Source of the DNA: Gemmatimonadota bacterium
Lineage (GTDB): Bacteria; Gemmatimonadota; Gemmatimonadetes; Palauibacterales; Palauibacteraceae
DNA: 64,000 nt
Assembly (NCBI GenBank): GCA_039584685.1
Contig: JBDGXI010000003.1
Coordinates: 10,556-74,555, forward strand
Direction: 5' to 3'
This document shows, one piece after another, positions 27,295 through 37,883 of the stretch; positions within the stretch are counted from its first letter, which is position 1, and each line of letters starts with the position of its first letter. Under the pieces are notes generated by a model that saw only the letters and a program-made list of their open reading frames with translations, had not been told where the DNA came from and ran no database searches. Position numbers and translations under genes: made by a program.

Positions 27295-27957
27295 CTACGC
27301 TCCGCTTGCTTCCGCGCGCTTACGAGCTTCGGCGTTCCAGATCAGGTCCAGGACCGCCTGCGCACCCTTCTCCATGTCCATGATCAGGGTGTCGATACGG
27401 CTGACGAACCAGTTGTAGAAGATGTTCACCGGAATGGCGATTGCCAGACCGGACGCGGTCGTGATCAGGGCCACCTTGATGCCGGAAGCCACCAGGGCCG
27501 GCTCCACCTGACCGGCAGCCTCGATGGCCGCAAAGGCCGCGATCATCCCGATCACCGTGCCGAGGAAGCCCAGCATGGGCGCCACGTTGGCGATGGTCGC
27601 CAGGACGTTCATCCCGCGCTCCAGAAAATCGAGCTCGATGCTTCCAGTCGTGGAGATCGCCTTCTCGATGTCCTTACCCGTCTGCTGGTCTTTCACCCGG
27701 GTCAGGCCCGACACGAGAATGGCGGCCACCGGGCCCCGCGTATCCCGGGCGGTCTGCATCGCATCGTCCAGCCGGCCCGTGGTACCCAGCTCCTCGATGT
27801 GCTTCAGAAGCTTCTGGGAATCCACGTGTGCCACGAGCAGGGTCCACCCCTTGGCGAGGATGACCCCAAGCGCCACCAGGGAGCAAAGGACGAGGGGAAT
27901 CATCATGAAACCCCCGTCGCGGAAGATCGTCAGCAGTTCGTAGCTGGTGTCTTGCAC
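27295..27957 (-). CDS. exbB: MotA/TolQ/ExbB proton-channel protein
   Basis: ORF 27295..27957 (-), 220 aa. Three TM helices, GTVIGMIAAFAAIE. Confidence 0.85.
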   Translation of the reverse strand: MQDTSYELLTIFRDGGFMMIPLVLCSLVALGVILAKGWTLLVAHVDSQKLLKHIEELGTTGRLDDAMQTARDTRGPVAAILVSGLTRVKDQQTGKDIEKAISTTGSIELDFLERGMNVLATIANVAPMLGFLGTVIGMIAAFAAIEAAGQVEPALVASGIKVALITTASGLAIAIPVNIFYNWFVSRIDTLIMDMEKGAQAVLDLIWNAEARKRAEASGA

Positions 27958-28015
27958 CCGACCGTCTCCGTTTATCCGTTGACGAAGCAGCCCATTCTAC
28001 CCAGGAGGACGTAGT

Positions 28016-28915
28016 CTACCGGGGCGCGGAGACTTCGTCAACGCGATTCAAAACGCCCGCTTCGCTTCCTTCCGGGACTACACCGGTTCGGGCCGCCGGG
28101 TCCAGGGTAGGTATCGCGTCCGACTCCTTCAGCAGAACCTCTTCCTCGCCCCCCGCCTCCAAGCGAGCCTGCAGATCGTCGGGCCGAAGCCCGCGATGCA
28201 GAATTCCTCTATGGGCCAGCGAGATCTGACCGGTCTCCTCGGAGATCACCACGACCAGGGAATCGGTCTCCTCGGACAGGCCGAGGGCCGCTCGGTGCCT
28301 GGTGCCGAGAGCCCGATCGAGGGCCGGAGATTCCGACAGCCTGAGGATCACGGACCCCGCGTACGCTACCTGGTCTCGCCGAACGATCACCGCGCCGTCG
28401 TGCAGCGGAGAGTACGGAGTGAAGATCGTGGTGAGGAGCTCGGCGGTGACCTGCGCGTTGATCGGTGTCCCGTGATCCACGTGATTCGCCAGGTCCACCT
28501 GGCGCTCGATCGCTATGATTCCGCCGATCTTGGCCTTCGCCAACCGATCCGAGGCCCGCACGATTTCCTCCACCACCTCCTGTTGCTCGCGACGCGCGAA
28601 CAGCTGGAACAGTCGGGAGCGGCCCAGGCGCGCCAATGCTGCCCGAATTTCCTGCTGGAAGATCACGATCAGCGCGAATGCGCCGTAGGTGAAGACCTGC
28701 GAGAGAATGTACGGAATGAGCCTGAGGCCAGCCGCCTGGGACAGTACGTATACCGAGACCAGGAATACGAAGCCGAGCAGTACCTGGAACGCCCTCGTTC
28801 CCGTGTACATGAGCAGGATGCGGTAAACCAACCACGCGACGATCAGGATCTCCGCAAGATCCTTCCACGCGAACTGGTCGAGCAGGAATCCCAGGTAGTC
28901 GAGTATCGCGCTCAT
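28016..28915 (-). CDS. cdaA: diadenylate cyclase CdaA (c-di-AMP synthase)
   Basis: ORF 28016..28960 (-). Internal Met at 28915 (MSAILDYLGFLLDQFAWKD...). Three N-terminal TM helices then the DAC domain (GAVIVRRDQVAYAGSVILRLSE, TRHRAALGLSEETDSLVVVISEETGQISLA). Follows folP as in the conserved ftsH-folP-cdaA cluster. Confidence 0.85.
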   Translation of the reverse strand: MSAILDYLGFLLDQFAWKDLAEILIVAWLVYRILLMYTGTRAFQVLLGFVFLVSVYVLSQAAGLRLIPYILSQVFTYGAFALIVIFQQEIRAALARLGRSRLFQLFARREQQEVVEEIVRASDRLAKAKIGGIIAIERQVDLANHVDHGTPINAQVTAELLTTIFTPYSPLHDGAVIVRRDQVAYAGSVILRLSESPALDRALGTRHRAALGLSEETDSLVVVISEETGQISLAHRGILHRGLRPDDLQARLEAGGEEEVLLKESDAIPTLDPAARTGVVPEGSEAGVLNRVDEVSAPR

Positions 28916-28925
28916 GCGAGGCCGC

Positions 28926-29798
28926 TCAGGTCCCGGCGCAGCGTATGGCCCACGCGACATCCAGGGCCCGGCGGACCTGCAGCACGTCGTGGACTCGGAA
29001 CAAACGGGCTCCCCTCTCCAGGGCGGAAAGGCACGCCGCGACCGTGCCCTCCAGCCTTTCCCCTGCGGGCACGCCCAGGAGCGTCCCGATGAAGGACTTC
29101 CGCGACGGTCCCACGAGAACCGGACGACCGAGATCGAGAAGCCGCCCGATCCCGGCGATCAGCTCGATATTGCCCTCGGTCGACTTCCCGAAGCCGATGC
29201 CGGGATCCACCACGAGCTGTGCGGGCGCGCAGCCGTGGTCATACGCGACACGCATGGACCGCCCCAGCTCGTCGCTCACTTCACCTACCAGGTCACCGTA
29301 ATCCACATCGTCCTGCATCGTGCGCGGCGTCCCCCGCATGTGCATCAGTATCAGGCCGGTCCCGGCCCGCGCGGCGACGTCAGCCAGGGCGGGATCGTTG
29401 CGGAGGCCCGAGACGTCATTGAGCACTGCGGCACCGCCGTCCACCGCACGCTCGGCCACACCGGCCTTCGACGTGTCGATGGATGTCCCGATCCCGCGGA
29501 GAGAGAGTCCCTCGACGACGGGGCCGATCCGTTTCCACTCCTCAGCCGCATCGACCGGGGCAGCGCCCGGCCGAGTGGACTCGCCCCCGACGTCGATGAG
29601 ATCCGCACCGGCCTCGACCATCTGCTCTGCCCGGGCGAGAGCCGCTCCGGAGTCGGCATATCTACCCCCATCCGAGAAGGAGTCGGGGGTGAGATTCAGC
29701 ACTCCGAGCACGATGGGCCGATCCGTGCGAATCTCGTGGTCCCGAATCATCCACCGATCGGGATCCGCTGCCACCAGAGCACCCGGGCCCGCTACCAC
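28926..29798 (-). CDS. folP: dihydropteroate synthase
   Basis: ORF 28926..29798 (-), 290 aa. LGVLNLTPDSFSDGG, DVGGESTRPGA, GIGFGK. The start could be the internal Met at 29750. Confidence 0.85.
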   Translation of the reverse strand: MVAGPGALVAADPDRWMIRDHEIRTDRPIVLGVLNLTPDSFSDGGRYADSGAALARAEQMVEAGADLIDVGGESTRPGAAPVDAAEEWKRIGPVVEGLSLRGIGTSIDTSKAGVAERAVDGGAAVLNDVSGLRNDPALADVAARAGTGLILMHMRGTPRTMQDDVDYGDLVGEVSDELGRSMRVAYDHGCAPAQLVVDPGIGFGKSTEGNIELIAGIGRLLDLGRPVLVGPSRKSFIGTLLGVPAGERLEGTVAACLSALERGARLFRVHDVLQVRRALDVAWAIRCAGT

Positions 29799-29803
29799 CG
29801 GAA

Positions 29804-31792
29804 TCAGGCCATCGCCGGTGATGGCTCTCCCCCCGTGTCCTCGAGGGGAGATTCACTCGATCGTCGGGCTTCAGGTGCGGGAGGAAGGACCGGTGCGGGC
29901 GCCGGCGTCATGTCCTTCAACGGCGGCAGTTCACCTCCGTCCTCAAGGATGCGAACATCCTCGAGGTCCAGCGTCTCACGCTCGAGCAGCGCCTCCGCGA
30001 TCGCGCCGAGCAGATCACTGTTCGCAGTGAGCACCTCCTCCGCCTTCGAGTACGCTTCATCCAGCATCCGCTTGATCTCGCTGTCCACCAGTTCCGCGGT
30101 CTTATCAGACACGTCGCGGCGCTGGCTTATCTCCCGGCCCAGGAAGATCTCGTGGTCCTGCTCACCCACCGCGATAGGACCGAGCACGTCCGACATGCCG
30201 AACTGAGTGACCATGCGCCGGGCGATCCCGGTCGCCCGCTCGATGTCGTTTCCGGCGCCTGTCGTGATCTTCGACGGTCCGAAGATCATCTCTTCCGCCA
30301 CCCGGCCGCCGAACAGCATGACCAGCTGCCCCTGCAGCCACCCCTTGGTGTAGTTGTGGCGGTCCTCCTCGGGCAGCGAGGCCGTGATGCCCAAAGCCCG
30401 TCCGCGCGGCATGATGCTGACCTTGTGGAGCGGATCCAGCCCTGGCACGCGCCGAGCGATCACCGCGTGACCCGCTTCGTGGTACGCCGTCACCCGTCGC
30501 TCTTCATCAGAAATGACCATGCTGCGCCGCTCGGCACCCAGCATGACCTTGTCCTTGGCGGAATCGAAGTCATCCATATACACCCGGTCCTTATCGTGCC
30601 GGGCGGCCAGAAGAGCGGCCTCGTTCACGATGTTGGCCAGGTCGGCCCCGGACAGGCCCGGCGTGCCTTTGGCCAGGACCTTCAGGTTGACGTCGTCCGA
30701 CAGCGGGATCTCTTTAGTGTGTACCCTCAGTATCCCCTCGCGTCCGTTCACATCGGGAAAGTCGACCACGATCTGGCGATCGAAACGCCCCGGGCGAAGG
30801 AGAGCCGGGTCCAGAACGTCTGGCCGGTTCGTCGCGGCCAGCAGGATGACACCCTCGTTGGATTCGAAGCCGTCCATCTCCACGAGGAGTTGATTCAGGG
30901 TCTGCTCCCTCTCGTCGTGCCCGCCGCCGAGCCCGGCGCCGCGGTGCCGACCGACCGCATCGATCTCATCGATGAAGATGATGCACGGCGCGTGCGACTT
31001 ACCCTGCTCGAACAGGTCCCGGACGCGGCTCGCTCCGACGCCCACGAACATCTCGACGAAATCCGATCCGCTCATCGAGAAGAAGGGGCGCCCCGCTTCG
31101 CCGGCCACGGCCCTGGCGAGCAGTGTCTTCCCAGTTCCAGGCGGCCCCACCAGCAGGGCTCCCTTGGGAAGCCGTCCTCCCAGGCGCCTGAACTTCGCCG
31201 GGTCCTTCAGAAACTCGATGATCTCCTCGAGCTCTTCCTTGGCCTCATCCGCGCCTGCCACGTCGACGAAAGTCACCTGCGGCGTATCACCGGTGAGCAG
31301 CTTGGCCTTGGACTTCCCGAAGCTGAACGCCCGCGAGCCGCCGGCCTGCATCTGCCGGAAGAAGAAGAACCACAGGCCTATGATCAGGATCCACGGTAGA
31401 ACCGAGATCAGGTAGTTGACCCAGTTCGCGCCCGTCTCCTCCGCCTTCACCTCGACGCCCGAGGCCTCGAGTCCATCGATCAGCTCCTGGCTCGCCTCCA
31501 AGGGCAGCAGCGTGTGGAACTGCTCGACCGGTTGGCCGTCGACCTGCATGGGGGTCCGCAGCTCGCCTTCGACCTTGCGAGCTTCGGAAAAGGTGACCGA
31601 GCGAACGTTGTCGCCCTCCAGCTGCTCACGGAATTCGGTGTACGTGAGCTCCCGCTCCAGCTGGCGGCTGGTCTCCATCACCTGAAATATGGCCAGCGGA
31701 ATAAGGATCACCAGCGCCCAGAAGGAAGCCGTGCGCAGAAAGCGACCCGTCTTCAGATCCTTGTTTCCGTCGTCCGGACTCGTCTTAGCCAC
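29804..31792 (-). CDS. ftsH: ATP-dependent zinc metalloprotease FtsH
   Basis: ORF 29804..31792 (-), 662 aa. Two TM helices, [18 protein letters not shown] (Walker A), SRF, HEAGHAV zinc motif. Confidence 0.95.
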   Translation of the reverse strand: MAKTSPDDGNKDLKTGRFLRTASFWALVILIPLAIFQVMETSRQLERELTYTEFREQLEGDNVRSVTFSEARKVEGELRTPMQVDGQPVEQFHTLLPLEASQELIDGLEASGVEVKAEETGANWVNYLISVLPWILIIGLWFFFFRQMQAGGSRAFSFGKSKAKLLTGDTPQVTFVDVAGADEAKEELEEIIEFLKDPAKFRRLGGRLPKGALLVGPPGTGKTLLARAVAGEAGRPFFSMSGSDFVEMFVGVGASRVRDLFEQGKSHAPCIIFIDEIDAVGRHRGAGLGGGHDEREQTLNQLLVEMDGFESNEGVILLAATNRPDVLDPALLRPGRFDRQIVVDFPDVNGREGILRVHTKEIPLSDDVNLKVLAKGTPGLSGADLANIVNEAALLAARHDKDRVYMDDFDSAKDKVMLGAERRSMVISDEERRVTAYHEAGHAVIARRVPGLDPLHKVSIMPRGRALGITASLPEEDRHNYTKGWLQGQLVMLFGGRVAEEMIFGPSKITTGAGNDIERATGIARRMVTQFGMSDVLGPIAVGEQDHEIFLGREISQRRDVSDKTAELVDSEIKRMLDEAYSKAEEVLTANSDLLGAIAEALLERETLDLEDVRILEDGGELPPLKDMTPAPAPVLPPAPEARRSSESPLEDTGGEPSPAMA

Positions 31793-31824
31793 TTCAGTCC
31801 TTCCTCTGCGTTTCCATCAGCCGC

Positions 31825-32409
31825 TCAGATGCTAGCCACGAAGGGGAGATGTCGGAAATCCTCGGCATGGTCAAGCCCGTAGCCGACCAGGAACTCCTCC
31901 GGGGCATCGAATCCGACCCACCGGGGCTCCAGAACGAGATCTTCCGCGATGTTCTTGTGCAGCAGGGCGCACAACTCGACCGAAGCGGGGGTGCGGCTCT
32001 CCAACGCCTGCGCCAGCCGGTTGATCGTGTTGCCGCTGTCGACGATGTCTTCCACGAGGATGATGTGACGTCCCTCGATCGGCGCCGTCGGGTCGTAGAG
32101 GAGCTTGACGTCTCCGGAGGTGGTGGTTCCCGCCCCATAGCTCGATGCCACGATGAAGTCCACGTGCAGCGGCCGAGCGATGTGCCGAACCAGGTCGCTC
32201 AAGAAGATGAACGAGCCCTTCAGAAGACCGAGGATGAGCACGTCGGCATCGGGGGTGTAGTGGCCGGTTATCTCGGCTCCCATCTCGCGAACGCGGGACT
32301 CGATGGCCTCGGCACCGAATACCACCCGCTTCAATTCGCGGCCACCGGTGCGTGCCAGAAGCCCCTCTTCGGTGAGGTAAGGCGCGCCGGCTCTCGCGTG
32401 GTCATTCAT
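31825..32409 (-). CDS. hpt: hypoxanthine phosphoribosyltransferase
   Basis: ORF 31825..32538 (-). Internal ATG 32407-32409 chosen (8-nt overlap with the tilS stop). IILVEDIVDSGNT PRPP-binding motif. Confidence 0.85.
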   Translation of the reverse strand: MNDHARAGAPYLTEEGLLARTGGRELKRVVFGAEAIESRVREMGAEITGHYTPDADVLILGLLKGSFIFLSDLVRHIARPLHVDFIVASSYGAGTTTSGDVKLLYDPTAPIEGRHIILVEDIVDSGNTINRLAQALESRTPASVELCALLHKNIAEDLVLEPRWVGFDAPEEFLVGYGLDHAEDFRHLPFVASI

Positions 32410-33826
32410 GTCGCAACTCGAACTCCAGCAGGGAAGTCGGGAAGGCGGGGCCGCGGTTCGTCTCGGCCGTGGCCAGTCCTTCGACCCATAGAATGTTGCC
32501 CAAGCGGTCCGCCAGCACCGGCAACCCGGCCCGTTCACTGACGGGAATTCGTCGGTCGCCGAACAGCTTCTTGAGCTTCCGTGTTCCCCCGGCGAGCCGA
32601 ATCCTGTCTCCCTCTCTCCAACCCCTGAACATCAAGGGATAATGACCCGGCGACACGGCCACGGCAATCCGCTCCGGGAGGGACGCTCCGGCCGATACGG
32701 GCCTCCAACTGACTTCCAACGCGCGTTCCCCGATCCGCATCGACCCGCTCCCGGCTCGCTCGTGCACGAGCAACTCGTCGGCAGGCGCCTGCGGCGCTTC
32801 CCGCGCGACGACAATGCGGTCGAACTCCCTCCAGACCTGCAGACCGCCTCCGACCATCACGCGTCCGCCGCTACGGCCCTCGCTGATAAACTCGACCCCG
32901 GCCCGGGTTCCTCCGGCGGTGAGCGAGACTCCCTGAGCGCGAGCCAACGCGCGCAGGGCGATGGCCAGCAGCTCGGGGCCTCCGCGGGCGATACGGTGTC
33001 GGTCCAGCTCGATTCGTCCCTGGCGCGCCTGCCGGGGCGCGGCTTCGAGCAGCAGGGCTGCGGCGGCCCGCTCGCCGAGCTCGTGCGCCCGGGCCGCCGC
33101 CTGGCCGAGCTGCACGAGATGACGCACCGTTTCCGGTTCGACGCTCTCCAGGGCGGGGATGGCTTCGGTCCGGAGACGGACCCGGGCCCAGCGTCGATCC
33201 GTGTTGGAAGGATCATCGATCCACCGCACCCCGCGGCCTTCCAGGTACTGGCTAAGCTCCCGGCGCCGAAACGGCAGAAGCGGGCGGACGATCGGCCCTC
33301 TCCGGGCGGGGACACCGGCGAGCCCCCTGAGATCAGCGCCCCGCATGATTCGAAACAACACGGTCTCGGCCTGGTCATCCGCGTGGTGCCCGACGGCCAG
33401 GCGGTCCGCTCCTGTGCCGCGCACAACCGTGTCCAACCACCGGTAGCGGACGCGGCGCAGGGTAGCCTGACTCACCTTCGGGGGGATTCGCGGTCTTCCG
33501 ACGTGGCAGGGGACGCCCACATCGGCCGCGAGCTCGCGCGTTCGTGAGGCATCGCGCTCGGAACCGACGCGGACTCGGTGATCGAAGTGGGCCGCTTCGA
33601 GCCGCAGGTCCAGATCGGACGAGAGATCGGAGAGCAAGTGCAACAGCGCGGTCGAGTCGGGACCGCCCGACAGCCCCACGATGACCTTCGACCCCGGCGG
33701 AATCAATTCGGGCTCGGCTGCAAGATGGGAGTGCAGGACGCCCGGAAGTCCCTGGCGAACGACGGTGCGCCGCGGGGTCAGGTTGACGGTCCTTCCTCCC
33801 TCGACGAACCCCGGCCATCGCGCCAT
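32402..33826 (-). CDS. tilS: tRNA(Ile)-lysidine synthetase
   Basis: ORF 32402..33925 (-). VIVGLSGGPDSTALLHLL PP-loop. Start uncertain. I chose the internal Met (MARWPGF...) ~25 aa before the PP-loop. Confidence 0.8.
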   Translation of the reverse strand: MARWPGFVEGGRTVNLTPRRTVVRQGLPGVLHSHLAAEPELIPPGSKVIVGLSGGPDSTALLHLLSDLSSDLDLRLEAAHFDHRVRVGSERDASRTRELAADVGVPCHVGRPRIPPKVSQATLRRVRYRWLDTVVRGTGADRLAVGHHADDQAETVLFRIMRGADLRGLAGVPARRGPIVRPLLPFRRRELSQYLEGRGVRWIDDPSNTDRRWARVRLRTEAIPALESVEPETVRHLVQLGQAAARAHELGERAAAALLLEAAPRQARQGRIELDRHRIARGGPELLAIALRALARAQGVSLTAGGTRAGVEFISEGRSGGRVMVGGGLQVWREFDRIVVAREAPQAPADELLVHERAGSGSMRIGERALEVSWRPVSAGASLPERIAVAVSPGHYPLMFRGWREGDRIRLAGGTRKLKKLFGDRRIPVSERAGLPVLADRLGNILWVEGLATAETNRGPAFPTSLLEFELRHE

Positions 33827-34103
33827 GTGCCCGCGTTCCGGTCGAATCGAAGCTCGTTCGGAACCGGGACCTCCAGGGCACGGATCGGCGGAATCGCGGC
33901 AGGTTCCTGCGCCGGGTCCACGCAAGGTAACTCGGCCGTGCCTCCCACCACGCGTCCCTTCTCTGCCGGTCCCAGTTTTCTGCTGCGCCCGAACACGTAG
34001 ATGTCGAAAGCCCGTCGCATGTCCAAGCGACCTGGAATACCTACGTCGGGTGCCACGACGGCAGCCCGGCCGTCCATCTCGTCCTGGGTGGTCCCCGACT
34101 CGG

Positions 34104-34661
34104 TCATACCTCCATCACTTCCTGTTCCTTGTGCTCGAGCATGGAATCGAGTTTCGCGATGTGGCCGTCCGTCAGCTCCTGGAGCTTGTCGAGCTCGCGG
34201 CGCATCTCGTCCTCCCCGATCACACCTTCCTTCTTCTGACGCTCGACCTCGGCCTTCGCCTTGTGACGGGCGTGGCGCACCGCCACCCGACCTTCCTCCG
34301 TCATCCGGTGAAGCACCTTCACCATCTCCCGACGCCGTTCTTCCGTCAGCGCCGGGATGCTCACCCGGATCACGTTGCCATCCACCGACGGATTGAGGCC
34401 GAGGTCGGCTGCCTGGATGGCCTTGGCCACCGTGCCGACCAGACTCGTATCCCACGGCTGTACGACCAGCATCTGAGGCTCCGGAGCGGTGACCGTCGCC
34501 GTTTGCTTGAGAGGCATCTTGGAGCCGTACGCGTCCACCTGCACCGTATCCAGCAGACCCGGCGACGCCTTGCCGGTGCGCACGCCCGCGAACTCGCGCG
34601 AGATAGCCTCCAGGTTCCTGTCCATCTGCAGGGAGGCTTCCTTCAGTGTCGGGCTGACCAT
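34104..34661 (-). CDS. frr: ribosome recycling factor
   Basis: ORF 34104..34661 (-), 185 aa. Typical RRF sequence throughout (VRTGKASPGLLDTVQVDAYGS...). Confidence 0.9.
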   Translation of the reverse strand: MVSPTLKEASLQMDRNLEAISREFAGVRTGKASPGLLDTVQVDAYGSKMPLKQTATVTAPEPQMLVVQPWDTSLVGTVAKAIQAADLGLNPSVDGNVIRVSIPALTEERRREMVKVLHRMTEEGRVAVRHARHKAKAEVERQKKEGVIGEDEMRRELDKLQELTDGHIAKLDSMLEHKEQEVMEV

Positions 34662-34674
34662 CTGATCTCCCCCT

Positions 34675-35388
34675 TCACGTTACGAGTGTACCGATTCTCT
34701 CGCCCTGCAGCGCCGCGAGAATCGCCCCCGGCTTGCGGATGTTCAGGACGATCACCGGCAAGTCGTTGTCCCGGCATAGCGATACGGCTGCGGCATCCAT
34801 CACGGCAAGCTCATCGTTGATGATCTCCCGGTACGTGAGGTCGGGGAGGAACTTGGCGTCCGGCTCGTGAGCCGGATCCGCGGAATAGACACCGTCCACC
34901 TTGGTTGCCTTCAGGATCACGTCAGCTTCCATCTCGATGGCGCGGAGAACGGCAGCCGTATCGGTAGAAAAATACGGATTCCCCGTGCCGCCGGCGAAGA
35001 TCACGACCCGGCCTTTCTCGATGTGGCGCAGCGCCCTTCTCCGAATGTAGGGCTCGGCCAGCTGCTCCATTCGGATCGCGGTCATGACGCGCGACTCGAT
35101 TCCATGCCGCTCGAGAGCGTCCTGGAGCGCCAGGGCGTTGATCACCGTGGCGAGCATGCCCATGTAATCCGCCGACACCCGGTCCATGCCTCGCTGGCTG
35201 GCCACCGCTCCTCGCACGATGTTGCCGCCGCCCACCACCAGACCCAGGCGTACCCCGGCCTCGTAGACCTTCTCGATCTCCAGGACGAGACGATCCACCA
35301 CCTGTGGCTCGATTCCGAACCCCTGGTCACCCGCGAGCGACTCGCCCGAGATCTTGACCAGGGCCCGGGGGTATTTCAGTTCCGGCAA
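34675..35388 (-). CDS. pyrH: UMP kinase
   Basis: ORF 34675..35388 (-), 237 aa. [17 protein letters not shown]. Confidence 0.9.
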   Translation of the reverse strand: MPELKYPRALVKISGESLAGDQGFGIEPQVVDRLVLEIEKVYEAGVRLGLVVGGGNIVRGAVASQRGMDRVSADYMGMLATVINALALQDALERHGIESRVMTAIRMEQLAEPYIRRRALRHIEKGRVVIFAGGTGNPYFSTDTAAVLRAIEMEADVILKATKVDGVYSADPAHEPDAKFLPDLTYREIINDELAVMDAAAVSLCRDNDLPVIVLNIRKPGAILAALQGERIGTLVT

Positions 35389-35398
35389 TGGTACCTCC

Positions 35399-36247
35399 CT
35401 AACCTCCGATCGCGAAGCGCACGAACCGCCGAACGCTCACATCGGAGCCTTGGCTGGCGACGAGATCCTCGATCGTCGTGTCAGGATCCTTGACGAAAGC
35501 CTGCTTGAGGAGCGTGTTCTCCTCGAAGTACTTCCTCATCCGACCTTCCACGATCTTCTCGGCGATGTGGTCCGGCTTGCCCTCGGCCTTCGCCTGCTCG
35601 ACGAGGAAGGCTCTCTCGCGCTCGCGATCTTGTGCCGGAATGTCTTCCGGAGAGACCCCCATCGGGTTGGTCGCCGCCACGTGCATGGCGAGGTCCTTCG
35701 CCAGCTCGGACCCCTCGCCTGCCCCACCGCTGAGCTCCATCAGGACGCCGATCCGGCCGCCGAAGTGCAGGTACGAACCGACCTCCCCGCCCTCCGGAGC
35801 TGCATACCGTACGGCCTTTCGCACCTCGAGGTTTTCGCCGATGGTCGCCCGCAGGGTTGTGAGTTCTCCGGCCAGGGCCTCGAATCCCTCGGTCTCCAGA
35901 AGTGCCGCCCCCGTCAGGACCTCGCCGTCCGGCAAATCGGATTCTGCTACGCTCGCCGCGAGGCGGGACGCGAAATCCAGGAAGTCCTGGTTGCGGGCCA
36001 CGAAATCGGTTTCACTGGATACGGCCACCATGCCGGTGGCGGACTCGCCACTCGCGATCGCCACCACACCCTCGGCCATCTCGCGCTCCGCCCGCTTCGC
36101 GGCCTTCGCTGCACCCCACTGCCGGAGAAGGTCGATCGCCTGCTCCTCGTCGCCCCCGGTCTCGAGCAGGGCCTTCTTGCAGTCCATCATTCCCGCCCCC
36201 GTCCGGTCACGCAAGGATTTGACCGCACTCGCCGTGATCGCTGACAT
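35399..36247 (-). CDS. tsf: translation elongation factor Ts
   Basis: ORF 35399..36349 (-). Internal ATG at 36245-36247 gives [27 protein letters not shown], the canonical EF-Ts N-terminus. Confidence 0.85.
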   Translation of the reverse strand: MSAITASAVKSLRDRTGAGMMDCKKALLETGGDEEQAIDLLRQWGAAKAAKRAEREMAEGVVAIASGESATGMVAVSSETDFVARNQDFLDFASRLAASVAESDLPDGEVLTGAALLETEGFEALAGELTTLRATIGENLEVRKAVRYAAPEGGEVGSYLHFGGRIGVLMELSGGAGEGSELAKDLAMHVAATNPMGVSPEDIPAQDRERERAFLVEQAKAEGKPDHIAEKIVEGRMRKYFEENTLLKQAFVKDPDTTIEDLVASQGSDVSVRRFVRFAIGG

Positions 36248-36375
36248 TTCTCTATCCCTTCTCTTTCTCTGCTTCTGTTCCGTTTCAAGTCTCGCCGGCG
36301 CGCGTCCGGCCTTTCCAACGATGTCGTTCCCCCCAAAAAAATGGGCCACCGAAGTGGCCCACCGTTTCGCGTCGC

Positions 36376-37410
36376 TCAGGGTGAGCCGGGGTCTTTACCG
36401 TCCCCGTCTTCGCCCGGAACCGCCTCCGCGGTAACCGCCACTTCCTCGACCTCGGCGGGATCATCCGGCTGCGCCTCCACAGCTTCCGCCAGCGATATCT
36501 CGACGTCGAGGATCTCATCGCCGATGCTCTCGGACTCGCCGTCGGCGTCATCGCCCTCGGGCACGCCAGCCTCGGGATCGGACGCGTGCCGGCGGCGCTT
36601 GATGAGCTCCGGTCGAGGTCTGCGCTTCGGCCTCTTCTTGCGTTTTCCATCCACGGGCTCGGTTCCGCCGGCGTCCGACGAGTACGTCAGGGCCGTGCCC
36701 TCGTCCCTGTCGCCCGCGGCGTCCGGCGCCTCCCGCCTGGCCATCAGGATCTCGTCGGCCATCACCCCGGTGATCAGGGAAACGGACCGGATTGCATCGT
36801 CATTCCCAGCGATCGCGATGGTCAGCATGTCAGGATCGGCGTTCGTGTCGGCAATGGCCACGACCGGAATGCCAAGCCGATTCGCCTCGCGGACCGCTAT
36901 CTCTTCCTTGTTAGCGTCGACCACGAAGACCAGCCCCGGCAACCGGGTCATGTCCTTGATCCCGGACAGATAGCGCTCGAGCTTCTCGCGCTCCCGATCG
37001 AGAAGCAGACGCTCCTTCTTCGTGTAGAACTCGAAGGCGCCCTCCTCGACCCCGCGCTCGAGGTCCTTGAGTCGCCGGATGTTCTTCTTGATCGTCTGGA
37101 AGTTCGTCAGCAACCCGCCGAGCCAGCGTTCGGTGACATAGAATGCCCCGGCGCGCTCTGCTTCAGCCCGCACCAGTCCCTTGAGCTGCGGCTTCGTGCA
37201 CACGAACAGGACGTTGCCACCACCTCGCACGACACCATTCACCAGATCGCGCGCCCGATTCAACTCCCGGAGGGTCTTCTTCAGGTCGATCAGGTAAATC
37301 CCGCCCCGCTCCGCGAAGATGAACCTGCGCATCTTCGGGTTCCAGCGGTGCGTCTGGTGGCCGAAGTGGACGCCTGCCTGTAGCAGATCCTTCAGACCGA
37401 CTTCTGACAT
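36376..37410 (-). CDS. rpsB: 30S ribosomal protein S2 (with long acidic/basic C-terminal extension)
   Basis: ORF 36376..37410 (-), 344 aa. LLQAGVHFGHQTHRWNPKM canonical S2 N-terminus. The last ~95 aa are a low-complexity D/E/K/R/P-rich tail. Confidence 0.9.
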   Translation of the reverse strand: MSEVGLKDLLQAGVHFGHQTHRWNPKMRRFIFAERGGIYLIDLKKTLRELNRARDLVNGVVRGGGNVLFVCTKPQLKGLVRAEAERAGAFYVTERWLGGLLTNFQTIKKNIRRLKDLERGVEEGAFEFYTKKERLLLDREREKLERYLSGIKDMTRLPGLVFVVDANKEEIAVREANRLGIPVVAIADTNADPDMLTIAIAGNDDAIRSVSLITGVMADEILMARREAPDAAGDRDEGTALTYSSDAGGTEPVDGKRKKRPKRRPRPELIKRRRHASDPEAGVPEGDDADGESESIGDEILDVEISLAEAVEAQPDDPAEVEEVAVTAEAVPGEDGDGKDPGSP

Positions 37411-37456
37411 GCTATCGATAACTCGCTGCTCGGGTTCAGCTTCGCCGCGGCCTGTT

Positions 37457-37852
37457 CTACCGCTTGGAGAATTGGAAGCGCTTGCGGGCCTTCGGTTGGC
37501 CGGGTTTCTTGCGCTCGACGACTCTCGGATCGCGCGTCAGCAGATCGTGCGAACGCAACGTGGGGCGCATGTCCTCATCCGCCACCAGAATGGCGCGCGC
37601 CACGGCCAGCTGGATCGCCTCCGCCTGGCCGGACGGGCCTCCGCCCGCCACCCTGGCGAACACGCCGTACTGACCTTCCGTGCCGGTCACTTCAAAGGGC
37701 TTGCCCGCCGCCGTGCGGTGCCGCGCGAGTGGGAAATAGTCTTCGATGCCTCGGCCGTTGATGCTCCAGGAGCCCTCCCCGGGCCGGAGCCATACGCGCG
37801 CGACCGCCGACTTGCGGCGGCCCACCGCCTGGTATGTCGTACTGTCCGCCAA
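37457..37852 (-). CDS. rpsI: 30S ribosomal protein S9
   Basis: ORF 37457..37852 (-), 131 aa, ending ...KARKRFQFSKR. Confidence 0.9.
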   Translation of the reverse strand: MADSTTYQAVGRRKSAVARVWLRPGEGSWSINGRGIEDYFPLARHRTAAGKPFEVTGTEGQYGVFARVAGGGPSGQAEAIQLAVARAILVADEDMRPTLRSHDLLTRDPRVVERKKPGQPKARKRFQFSKR

Positions 37853-37883
37853 GCTTCCTCCGTGTCGTGTGTCGCCCTGTCAG

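Noticed and set aside
33778-34107. 109-codon ORF coupled to the frr stop, considered as a gene.
   Set aside because: Lower GC3 than surrounding genes, no hydrophobic pattern, and it overlaps the plausible tilS start. Kept only as a low-confidence finding.
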